Shown: positions 34,450 through 46,200 of the stretch, piece by piece | Numbering within the stretch: position 1 is the first letter of the stretch | Layout of the letters: the number at the start of each line of letters is the position of its first letter | Made by a program: the position numbers and the translations under genes | From: Saccharolobus islandicus REY15A | Lineage (GTDB): Archaea > Thermoproteota > Thermoprotei_A > Sulfolobales > Sulfolobaceae | Direction: 5' to 3' (one strand) | Length of the DNA: 64,000 bases | Assembly: GCF_000189555.1 (NCBI RefSeq) | Contig: NC_017276.1 | Notes under the pieces: model-generated | Databases searched by the model: none | The model's input: the letters and a program-made list of their open reading frames with translations, nothing else | What the model was told of the DNA's origin: nothing

Positions 34450-34980
34450 TCACTTAAAGACTTCTGCCTTTTCTAAGGGCGGGCATTGTAAATCCTTATC
34501 GCTTATAATAAATTCCTTTATTGGCCAGTCTACATAAGAGTAGTTTACGCATCTCTCGTGAGATTTAGAGTATTCGTTGTGAGTTAGGAAGTAGACTACT
34601 ATTGAATCTTCTAATGCTTGAAATCCATGGGCAAAACCCGGAGGTATCCATAGTATGTAGTGGTTCTCATCGTTAAGCTCAACTTTAACGTATTTCCCGA
34701 AAGTAGGTGAGGATTTTCTTAGGTCTACAGCAACGTCCAATATTTTACCTTTAGGAACAAATACTAACTTGCCTTGTTCCTTGGGAGTTATCTGATAGTG
34801 CAATCCTCTAACTACTCCTTTAAGAGAGGACGACATATTAACTTGTACGATATTAGGAATTTCTGCTTTAGTGAAGTCTTCAGATTTAAATACCTCTAGA
34901 AAGAAGCCTCTTTTATCTGGGAAGACTTTCGGCTTTATGAGGACAATACCCATTCCTAAGTTTTCGAATTCAAACGGCAT
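34450..34980 (-). CDS. rfbC: dTDP-4-dehydrorhamnose 3,5-epimerase
   Basis: D.RGFF, RGLHYQ, DVAVDLRK.SPTFG, PPGFAHGF, SDKD. Confidence 0.95.
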   Translation of the reverse strand: MPFEFENLGMGIVLIKPKVFPDKRGFFLEVFKSEDFTKAEIPNIVQVNMSSSLKGVVRGLHYQITPKEQGKLVFVPKGKILDVAVDLRKSSPTFGKYVKVELNDENHYILWIPPGFAHGFQALEDSIVVYFLTHNEYSKSHERCVNYSYVDWPIKEFIISDKDLQCPPLEKAEVFK

Positions 34981-35026
34981 ATGATTATATTACGCACGAT
35001 CTATAAAGAGCTATCTGAATGATTAT

Positions 35027-35342
35027 GGGCTATCCATCCCTTAAGGAAGGAGGACTTTCACCCGTTTGTCTCTACACTTTCATTCATTTCACTCATTTCA
35101 TGATCATTCATGATCGAGTGTAGGGACTTAGCCCTCAACCACCTACCAAACTTAACGGTAGGTGGGTCATGGGACTCCTTCGAGCCCAACGGCACGGGAC
35201 TCACATCTCTGCAATCCCTCTCACCCTTTTGGGCATAGCCCACATCGGCGTGAGAGTTTATTTCTAATCAAGAAAAGTTTATTATAAATAAATATAAAAA
35301 GATTTCTATTAACGCGAAAAAGGATTCACCCCCTTAACCTAT
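35027..35342 (-). mobile_element. Non-autonomous tnpB-derived element (~316 bp), third family; ends approximate
   Basis: Carries a tnpB C-terminal tail (SPVPLGSKESHDPP...WLRAKSLHSIMN), a terminal hairpin and a degenerate left end (CACCCCCTTAACC, AAAAAGATTTCTAT). Confidence 0.55.
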
Positions 35343-35397
35343 ATGGAAAGGTTTATTTACTGAACGTCCCACTAAAGTTAAATTGCTATACGGAATG

Positions 35398-35610
35398 AGC
35401 CCATGTGGGAGGGTTTAACAAATCAACCTAAGGGCCGAAAACTTAACACTATAAAGAACAAGGTATTATGATTACAAAGAATATATTAGGGATACATGAT
35501 TAACACCCATAGATTCTCGATTCCGAGTGGGGCATTGCTCCGTGACTTTGGTGAAGACCAAGGGCTGATGATTGATATGAAATAGTATGAAATCCTATGA
35601 AGCCCAAACC
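35398..35610 (+). mobile_element. ISC1316-like internal-deletion remnant
   Basis: 35520-35610 resembles 27410-27480; CCATGTGGGAGG..TAACAAA resembles the sequence upstream of the tnpB fragment near 17030. Confidence 0.5.
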
Positions 35611-35806
35611 CCTATAAAAACCAACTTCCTGTTTAAGGAGGCCAAGCTCCCAAATAGCTCTAAGTCCGAGGAAGTCAACGGCTTGCATCCCCCAGTTAGG
35701 TCTGTATTACTCAGACTTGACTAATATGTTTTATATAAGGAAGTCAGACTCAAGGGTACGTAAATTAAACATTAGATATTTTAACTAGTTTAACTAGTTT
35801 AACTCT

Positions 35807-36139
35807 ATGAAAGTGCTTATAAAAGATGTTGATGAAAAGCTTTACAGAATGTTAAAGGCTAAAGCATCAATTGAAGGTATTTCCGTAAGTGAGGCTATAA
35901 ATGAGGCAATAAAACTTTGGTTAATAAATAAAGATTTAGACAGAATTATGGTAATAAAGAGTAAGGACTTTTGGGACGCTGTGAATGAGGGTAAGTATGC
36001 ATTATTCTGTGATGGCAATTTTATAGGCAGCTTTGAAAACGAGGATGAAATGATAAAGGAGGCTAGGAAATACAAGAAGTGTTACGCTCTAAGCAAAAAG
36101 TGGTTAGTTGGAGAGGGTGAACTCACTGGAGTGTTTTGA
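35807..36139 (+). CDS. RHH/CopG + DUF5678-like putative antitoxin
   Basis: MKVLIKDVDEKLYRMLKAKAS.EG.SVSEA RHH N-terminus; GKYALF.DG.F.GSF C-terminal domain. Confidence 0.6.
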   Translation: MKVLIKDVDEKLYRMLKAKASIEGISVSEAINEAIKLWLINKDLDRIMVIKSKDFWDAVNEGKYALFCDGNFIGSFENEDEMIKEARKYKKCYALSKKWLVGEGELTGVF

Positions 36140-36497
36140 TATAAATGAAAAGCCTATACTGCACGTAAAAGTATCTGACCCTAAGAATGAAAATTCTGCT
36201 GAGATAGATGTAGTAGTTGACACTGGATTTTCTGGTTGGTTACTCCTCAACTACGAAATTTATACGAAACTTAACTATATGGAGATTCCTATTACTAGGA
36301 AATACAGAAGCATTTTAGGTAATATTGAAGTTTACATGGCCAAAGCTAGTATTTCTATCAATCGTTTAAATATAGATGCATTTATTGAGTCCTCTCCTTA
36401 TGTAGAAATGAACCTACTAGGGAGAGAAATATTAAAGAAACTAAATATATGCTTCTATAGAATGAATAAAATATGCATCTACTCTGATGTAGTTTAA
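36108..36497 (+). CDS. Clan AA aspartic protease-like protein
   Basis: VVVDTGFSG and LLGR motifs. Confidence 0.8.
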   Translation: MERVNSLECFDINEKPILHVKVSDPKNENSAEIDVVVDTGFSGWLLLNYEIYTKLNYMEIPITRKYRSILGNIEVYMAKASISINRLNIDAFIESSPYVEMNLLGREILKKLNICFYRMNKICIYSDVV

Positions 36498-36564
36498 CAC
36501 TCGCAGACACTAAATTTTCCTTACAAATTTAGAAGAGAGGAAAAAAGAAGAATATAGTTCTTGA

Positions 36565-37836
36565 TTATAATAGACCTCTGGCCTTCATTGCCTTTACTAC
36601 TCTATCCACAGCTAAAGCCATTGCCACAGTCCTCAAATCTTGATCAGCAAACTTCCTCTTATGAAAATCGTATAAAGCGTTAAAAGCGTTAGTCATTCTA
36701 TCAATAATAAGTTTCTTAGCCTCCTCATCACTAATTATCCCACCAGACTTATTGTTAGCCCACTCCACATAACTTCCAACGACTCCACCAGCATTAGCTA
36801 AAATGTCTGGTATAACAACTATACCCCTTTGTTTTATTACATCGTCTGCATCTGCAGTCAATGGACCATTTGCACCTTCAACAATAAGCTTAGCCTTAAC
36901 CTTGGGTGCATTAAATTTATTTATGACATTTTCCACTGCGGCTGGAATTAATATATCACAATCACTTATTAACAGCTCTTCATTTGTAACCTTTTTACCC
37001 TCTGGATAATTCACAACACTACCCGTTCTCTGAGCAACTTCCAACGCCTTATTAACGTCTATTCCATTCCCATTAATTACCCCTCCCCCAATATCGCTAA
37101 CTCCGATTATTTTAGCCCCCATTTCGCTCAAGAATTTAGCGGTAAAAGAACCAACGTTTCCGAAGCCTTGAATTATAACCCTTGATCCTTCAATTCCTCC
37201 TATGAACTTATTAGCAGCCTCTCTAGCAATTGTTGCTACACCTAATCCTGTACTGTATAATCTAACACCTATCCCTCCTAGTTCAGAAGGCTTACCGGTA
37301 AACACTGCGAAATCAACTTCACCAGTTATCTTTATGTATTCGTCTAGGAACCAAGCTATAGTTTGAGGATTAGTGTTAATGTCAGGCGCTGGGATGTCCA
37401 CATTACTACCCAAATAGTTGTGAATTAATTGAATATATTTTCTAGACAGATCCTCCAATTCCTTTAATGTTAGCTCCTTAGGATCTACTCTTATCCCACC
37501 CTTTCCTCCACCATAGGGTAATAATAATAAGGAATTCTTCCACGTCATAATCATTGATAATGCTATTACTTCTTCTTGTGTAACATTGGGACTGTATCTA
37601 ACTCCTCCCTTATATGGGCCTAAGGCCGAATTGTGTTGACTTCTCCAACCCACAAACGTCCTTAACTTACCATCAGAACCCCTAATTTGTATCTTAACTT
37701 GTATAACCCTTTCCGGCTGGGAAAGGGCTTCTAGAGTATCAATATCTAAACCCAACAATTCTCCAACTTTATACAACTTCTTAACTTGTTGGACGAACAA
37801 ATTCGAGGTAAGGAGTTCTTCCATCGCTTTAGTCAA
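36565..37836 (-). CDS. gdhA: Glutamate dehydrogenase
   Basis: GPYKGG, GGGKGG, QGFGNVG, EGANGP. Confidence 0.96.
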   Translation of the reverse strand: MTKAMEELLTSNLFVQQVKKLYKVGELLGLDIDTLEALSQPERVIQVKIQIRGSDGKLRTFVGWRSQHNSALGPYKGGVRYSPNVTQEEVIALSMIMTWKNSLLLLPYGGGKGGIRVDPKELTLKELEDLSRKYIQLIHNYLGSNVDIPAPDINTNPQTIAWFLDEYIKITGEVDFAVFTGKPSELGGIGVRLYSTGLGVATIAREAANKFIGGIEGSRVIIQGFGNVGSFTAKFLSEMGAKIIGVSDIGGGVINGNGIDVNKALEVAQRTGSVVNYPEGKKVTNEELLISDCDILIPAAVENVINKFNAPKVKAKLIVEGANGPLTADADDVIKQRGIVVIPDILANAGGVVGSYVEWANNKSGGIISDEEAKKLIIDRMTNAFNALYDFHKRKFADQDLRTVAMALAVDRVVKAMKARGLL

Positions 37837-38069
37837 CTACTTTAAGAATAAAAAATTATTCCAACTCAATTTTAAAAATTTTTTAATATACAATTCTCCT
37901 AAAGTGAGAAAGACAAATTGATATTAGAGGTCTTCTCAAAGTGCAAAAACTAAATATAAGGTTTTTAGCAACTCTTGAATACTTTTAAGTATACTTGAGG
38001 TAACAAGGACTTTCCTATAAGCACTTTTTTCGATCAAAAAGTTTAAATATTTACTCTACCAAAGTAAAG

Positions 38070-38528
38070 TTGAGTGAAGAAAAAATGAGTGAAGAAAATC
38101 CATTTGATAAGATTATGCATATTCCTCTTGATAAAGTAAGAGAAATACTTAATAGAACAAACCTGGAGAGGCAAGTATTTAATGAAATTGTCGGAGATAA
38201 CTGGAAGGTAAAAATCATAGAAACAAAAGTGAATAAAAATAATTATGAAACTATATATAGATTATATGGTATTTATCTCGGAGATAAATCCGTAGCAGTA
38301 AGTGTTACAAGTGACGGAAAACTTAGACATATAATATTAAATGACGTAAAAGTAGTTAGTGAAACAGACCAGACTGTAAAGAAGAAAAATACCATGCTAT
38401 TACTGGACTATGAAAATCAGAGGGCGGTATTTACTGAAGGTGAAATGGAACTATGGAAAGGTAAAACTGGTTTTGACGCAATTAAGTCAATTAATATCCT
38501 AAAGAACGAATCAAGGGACTTGCAATGA
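38070..38528 (+). CDS. Hypothetical protein
   Basis: 152-aa ORF overlapping the next gene. Confidence 0.6.
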   Translation: MSEEKMSEENPFDKIMHIPLDKVREILNRTNLERQVFNEIVGDNWKVKIIETKVNKNNYETIYRLYGIYLGDKSVAVSVTSDGKLRHIILNDVKVVSETDQTVKKKNTMLLLDYENQRAVFTEGEMELWKGKTGFDAIKSINILKNESRDLQ

Positions 38529-38921
38529 ATATAAGTAGTCAGAATAAAATTTATACAATGAAGAGAAATTTAATACTTGAATATTGCAAGACTCCTAAAT
38601 CCTTCACGGAACTAAGGGATCTAACTGGAATGTCTGATGCGGGTCTATCTAAGGCACTAAACGACCTTATAAAGAAAGGGTACTTGCAGAAGACTTCGGA
38701 TGGAAAATATGTGATAACCGATAAGGTAATGCAAAGCTATAAGGAGAGAATTGTTAATAGGATTTGGTTTAAATATCAAGGAATCTCAGATGAGAAAATT
38801 GAAAAAATAGCTGATCTTTTGAAGGACGAGGGAGAATTTTATATTCTAGCTTCTAAAGGCAAGGATAAGACAGACGACTTAACGCTTCTGCTACAATATC
38901 TATTTCTACTTACATACGAAA

Positions 38922-38932
<11 letters not shown>
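38525..38932 (+). CDS. Winged-helix transcriptional regulator
   Basis: [32 protein letters not shown]. Confidence 0.75.
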
Positions 38933-40775
<1,843 letters not shown>

Positions 40776-40872
40776 TCTTAAAGCGAGGATTTTTATTGCT
40801 TCTTCTACTGCTTTATAATACTTCTCGCTAGCTTGAACAATATCATTTCGAGCTAGTAGCTCATCAGCTTCG

Positions 40873-41238
40873 TCAAGCCATTTCTTTATTTGTTGAGGCG
40901 AGCTTGACAATATCCATCACATAAGCGGATAATTCTTTTATCGCTTCGATACTTAAATTAAGTGTAATTAAACTTACTGCTGCAGACCAATCTGTAATAA
41001 TTCTATCGCCGTAAATCTTAGCTAGCTCATCTACAGCATCATTAAGCAACTTTAAATCCCATTCTCCTTTTTCTTTAGCTTCCTTAAGAGCTTTAATATT
41101 ATTTTTTAAAGCGAGGATTTTTATTGCTTCTTCTACTGCTTTATAATACTTCTCGCTAGCATTTACGGTATCTCCCTTGGCTAAAAATTCTTCAGCCTCT
41201 TTTAAGTAAGCTTCCGCTGAGGTTAAAGGTCTTAACAT
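40873..41238 (-). CDS. PaREP1-family protein
   Basis: GD.VNASEKYYKAVEEAIK, G.W, DAVDEL. Confidence 0.85.
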   Translation of the reverse strand: MLRPLTSAEAYLKEAEEFLAKGDTVNASEKYYKAVEEAIKILALKNNIKALKEAKEKGEWDLKLLNDAVDELAKIYGDRIITDWSAAVSLITLNLSIEAIKELSAYVMDIVKLASTNKEMA

Positions 41239-41522
41239 ATTTTAAATCTCTCTTCTATCTATATTTATTTTCTTCTATTTCCATAATGGCAGTTTATATT
41301 GACATTGGTAACAGACTTTAGTTGTGAGCTTAATACTTCACATAACGCGATAAGCTTTAAAGTGTCTTGACTACTAAAGGAATGAGACTTAAGAATTACG
41401 ACAAAATTTAATTGACTCATAAGCTAAAGTTAAACTGAGAAAAAGTGAAAATATTTCTATCTAGATATTAATATTTTTATCAAAGCTTCATAATGCATAT
41501 TAGTTGTTCATAATTCTTTACT

Positions 41523-42548
41523 TTATAAAGATCTTCTTACTCTGATTTTATACAAGACTAATCCAGAAATTGAAAGCAGGCTAGTAATCTCTATCATGAA
41601 AACGCTTAAAGACCCAAAATCCAGAGAAGTATAAAAACCGTAAACCACGATTGCGAGGCTAACAATCGAAGACGCTCTCAGAACTATATTTCCACTCTTT
41701 GAGAAAGCTATTGAGGAAAAGAATATCCCTAAAGATACATATAGAGCGGATAAAGACGGTACTATTGTGTATAAATAGTACTGGTAAGGATTTATTAAAC
41801 TTACAAGAGTCATTGTCGAAAAAAGCAATAATATTATTAGGAGCTTCCTAGGTACAATCTTCTTTATTGCATAAAATTCAACTATAATAAGGGAAAAAGC
41901 ACTAATCGATGAAGCATAATAAATGATCTTGGGAACAACAAAAAGCGTAGAAATCGCCATTAAGCTTACAGCAATTGCATATGCGTAAAAAATAACCTTA
42001 GCATTACTATTTTCAGTTTTAGCGAAAGGAGCTAAAGTTATGCAAACAAAAGCTTCAGAAGTTGGTAAAATTTGTGAAAAACTAACGCTATCGGTCAAGC
42101 TTATCTGCCAGCCTATAGGAATTGAAAGGAACAGCTGAATAAAGGAGGAGAAAACGAGAAACCACAGTTCTGACTCAGTTAACGTTAACAAGCTTACGCC
42201 AAGCGTAAGTAAGACAAGAGTAACTGTAGCCAGAAAGCCGTCAAGTTGTAAAATATAATAAACAACGTAATCCACAGTATAACTTAAATAAAGGAAATAG
42301 GAAAAGAACCAGAAATAGAGGAAAGCTGTAGAAATTTCACAACGATTTAATAAGTATTCATAAAGACCTTTATCTCCTTTTATTTTCTTAGTAACGTGGT
42401 AAATAACGTAGACAGTAGGGAGGAAAAGAATAGAAGATAATATTGCGTCTAGAGGGGAAAGCCCTCTAGAAAACTGAGCAACTAAGGCTAAAAGACCTCC
42501 TATGGATGAAAAAGAATAAGAAAAGAGAAAAATATCTGACTTTTTCAT
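41523..42548 (-). CDS. Uncharacterised polytopic membrane protein (~10-11 TM)
   Basis: Hydrophobic 341-aa ORF. Confidence 0.7.
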   Translation of the reverse strand: MKKSDIFLFSYSFSSIGGLLALVAQFSRGLSPLDAILSSILFLPTVYVIYHVTKKIKGDKGLYEYLLNRCEISTAFLYFWFFSYFLYLSYTVDYVVYYILQLDGFLATVTLVLLTLGVSLLTLTESELWFLVFSSFIQLFLSIPIGWQISLTDSVSFSQILPTSEAFVCITLAPFAKTENSNAKVIFYAYAIAVSLMAISTLFVVPKIIYYASSISAFSLIIVEFYAIKKIVPRKLLIILLLFSTMTLVSLINPYQYYLYTIVPSLSALYVSLGIFFSSIAFSKSGNIVLRASSIVSLAIVVYGFYTSLDFGSLSVFMIEITSLLSISGLVLYKIRVRRSL

Positions 42549-42758
42549 TTAACCCCACGTATAGCCAGAAGACCATGATGAGCTTGTAGAGGTCGAACTA
42601 TTGGTAGTAGTAGATGATGAAGATGAGCTCGTAGTACTAGTAGATGTACTACTCATTGACGGTGAATGACTTGTTGTAGTGACTACGTGGCTCATTGCCA
42701 TACCGAAGAAAACTCCTCCTATTATTAGGATTATTGCAGAGAGGCCTAAGAGGACCAT
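42549..42758 (-). CDS. Small membrane-anchored Ser/Thr-rich protein
   Basis: One TM helix, S/T tract, aromatic C-terminus (SSGYTWG); abuts the next gene. Confidence 0.6.
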   Translation of the reverse strand: MVLLGLSAIILIIGGVFFGMAMSHVVTTTSHSPSMSSTSTSTTSSSSSSTTTNSSTSTSSSWSSGYTWG

Positions 42759-42880
42759 TTTTTCTTATCCATTTCTATCGAGATAATCTTTTCATCAATT
42801 AATATAAATCTTTTCCCAATTTATGTAATTTAATTTTAGATTTGGGAAGAGATTTTAAAATAGGGTAAGAAGAGTAGCTC

Positions 42881-43192
42881 ATGCTAAAACAAAATTCAAT
42901 TATATTGGGAGTTGTAGGAGGTATATTATCTTTCATCTGGGCCTACGATCATTTTCCATTATATAACATTAGTTTACTACCTTACGGAATAAGGTTATTC
43001 TTCGTAATAGATTCAGTAATTGCAATAGTTGCAGGGATAATTATGATCATGATTTTCAAGCTTGCTTACCTCAAGGTACTTTACGTGCTTAACTTAGTAT
43101 TTTGGTGGATAAATTACCTACTCTTAACTCTTACTAGAATATTACCCGCTCCATTAATAGGGAAACCATTACCTTATTCCTTTGGTGTGTAG
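42881..43192 (+). CDS. Small membrane protein next to the array trailer
   Basis: Three hydrophobic segments; stops 16 bp before the terminal repeat. Confidence 0.6.
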   Translation: MLKQNSIILGVVGGILSFIWAYDHFPLYNISLLPYGIRLFFVIDSVIAIVAGIIMIMIFKLAYLKVLYVLNLVFWWINYLLLTLTRILPAPLIGKPLPYSFGV

Positions 43193-43208
43193 TCGGGGAA
43201 ACGTATGA

Positions 43209-46200
43209 CTTTCAATTCTATAGTAGATTAGCCAGCTGTTTCAGATCATAAGTAATTTGTGCTATTATATAGTCCTTTCAATTCTATAGTAGATTAGCTT
43301 AGAATGAAAATTGTCTCATTGCCTCTTCTTTAACTTTGTCCTTTCAATTCTATAGTAGATTAGCAGGGTTCGATTTGACTTATGCCCCTAGTGACTCGAT
43401 GGCACTTTCAATTCTATAGTAGATTAGCACGCGGTGAACTTTCTGTCTTTCAGGAATTCGGAAATCTCTCTTTCAATTCTATAGTAGATTAGCGAGAGAT
43501 GTACAAAATCAGAAGGACAGACCCTGGAAGAACTTTCAATTCTATAGTAGATTAGCGCGTAGTTGAGGAGTTTTTTCCTAATTTTTGCCATAAGAACTTT
43601 CTTTCAATTCTATAGTAGATTAGCCGGCAATGAGTTTTGGGTAAATGTGGTGGAAATTGATACTTTCAATTCTATAGTAGATTAGCCTGGGACACTGAAA
43701 GAGAGTTAGTGAGTCTGCACTTTACTTTCAATTCTATAGTAGATTAGCAAGGAGTCACTGATTGGATTATTCGTATTTAGTAAAAAGAACTTTCAATTCT
43801 ATAGTAGATTAGCTAGGGGCTTCAAACGAACTACCGACTGAAGAAGAATTACCTTTCAATTCTATAGTAGATTAGCATAAACTTTATATACCACCAAACA
43901 AACAATATATTGTAGATCTTTCAATTCTATAGTAGATTAGCCGGATATACAAAGCAGAACTAGGAAAGATCTAATTCATTATAGTCTTTCAATTCTATAG
44001 TAGATTAGCCACGCCCGATATGTCTATACCTGTAACTTCTTTGGAAAAACTGCTTTCAATTCTATAGTAGATTAGCTTACTTAACTAAAGTTCTGAGCCA
44101 AGTCTTAAACCTAGACTTTCAATTCTATAGTAGATTAGCTGAATTTCTTACAAACATATAAATTGTAATTGATGAATTTGCTTTCAATTCTATAGTAGAT
44201 TAGCTAGTAAAAACGTACTATTTTTTTGATTCGCAAGATGATACTCTCTTTCAATTCTATAGTAGATTAGCATGGCATACTACGACGTCAGTAGGGAACT
44301 AGAGATTTACATCTTTCAATTCTATAGTAGATTAGCCTAACATGGTAGCTTTCATGGCAGGCGACGTCACTAGTGTCTTTCAATTCTATAGTAGATTAGC
44401 TAGTAAAAACGTACTATTTTTTTGATTCGCAAGATGATACTCTCTTTCAATTCTATAGTAGATTAGCATGGCATACTACGACGTCAGTAGGGAACTAGAG
44501 ATTTACATCTTTCAATTCTATAGTAGATTAGCCTAACATGGTAGCTTTCATGGCAGGCGACGTCACTAGTGTCTTTCAATTCTATAGTAGATTAGCAAAA
44601 ATTCGCTACTACAAATCTTAGTTAAGTCCTGTTGCTTTCAATTCTATAGTAGATTAGCCATCACTCGTAGCTATATACCTTGGGACAAGGACTCTGGCTT
44701 TCAATTCTATAGTAGATTAGCAATTGCCTAAACTTTTCGCCGCTTATCTCTTCTTAAATACTTTCAATTCTATAGTAGATTAGCCAAATTTCTGGCCGGG
44801 GGGCCAGAATATCGGTAATCGATCTTTCAATTCTATAGTAGATTAGCGATATTGTTAATAGAGTTGTAATTGAAGTAATTGGAAAGGACTTTCAATTCTA
44901 TAGTAGATTAGCTAGGCGTCGCAAAGTTCTTCCGTGACATTGCAGACTGGACTTTCAATTCTATAGTAGATTAGCTGAATGGTGCGATAAATATCCTACA
45001 TATCCCCGAGTCTCTCTTTCAATTCTATAGTAGATTAGCATGATAATAGAGAGAATAAAGAGAGAAACTGGGGAGTTAAACTTTCAATTCTATAGTAGAT
45101 TAGCCGTGTCAATATCGATTGGGAAGACTTCAAGAAGGATCAAGCTTTCAATTCTATAGTAGATTAGCAATAATCGCTCGCCTTCTTAGCCTCTGCAATT
45201 ATCTGCGACTTTCAATTCTATAGTAGATTAGCTTTATTAGCCCGCGAGGGCTTTACAATTAAAGAAATAGCGTTCTTTCAATTCTATAGTAGATTAGCCC
45301 ATAGAACTAAACGGAAAAATTGTCACTGTTGAGGGTGACTTTCAATTCTATAGTAGATTAGCAGAAAGGGTAGGGAGACTAATAAAAATGCTTCCCAGTA
45401 TCTTTCAATTCTATAGTAGATTAGCCGAGGTCTCTCCTCATCTATACTTTTGATAATTGATATTAGTCTTTCAATTCTATAGTAGATTAGCGGTATTAAC
45501 GGTTGACGATAAACAATTAGAAGACAGAATACTTTCAATTCTATAGTAGATTAGCACTATTGATTAGATTTTTTGAGTCTGCCCAGAAAGATGAAACTTT
45601 CAATTCTATAGTAGATTAGCAGAAAGATCTGAAAGGACCTGAACGAAATTGGGCAGAATTGCTTTCAATTCTATAGTAGATTAGCCATTTTTGCTATTTA
45701 GCCATCCCAGACCGCGAAGGACTTCCTTTCAATTCTATAGTAGATTAGCTAGATGAGATTGTTGACCGTTGGCGGTGGGGAATATACTACTTTCAATTCT
45801 ATAGTAGATTAGCTAAGTTTAGGGAAAGGTTTAAAAACGCCTAAAAAAGAGAGTCTTTCAATTCTATAGTAGATTAGCGATATGAATGGAGAATTACTCC
45901 ATAATTTGATCCTAAAATCACTTTCAATTCTATAGTAGATTAGCCATTCATGGGGAATTCCTCCATCTTCATCTTCACCACCACCTTTCAATTCTATAGT
46001 AGATTAGCGGGTAATAATGGGCATAGGCATAGGGGTTGCTATCGGCTTCTTTCAATTCTATAGTAGATTAGCGATAAGCGATAAGCCCCGCGACTGCGAA
46101 GATGACAAAGAAGACTTTCAATTCTATAGTAGATTAGCTGGTAGTACAACTGTTACAAATCCTATTGGCAGCTTTAACTTTCAATTCTATAGTAGATTAG

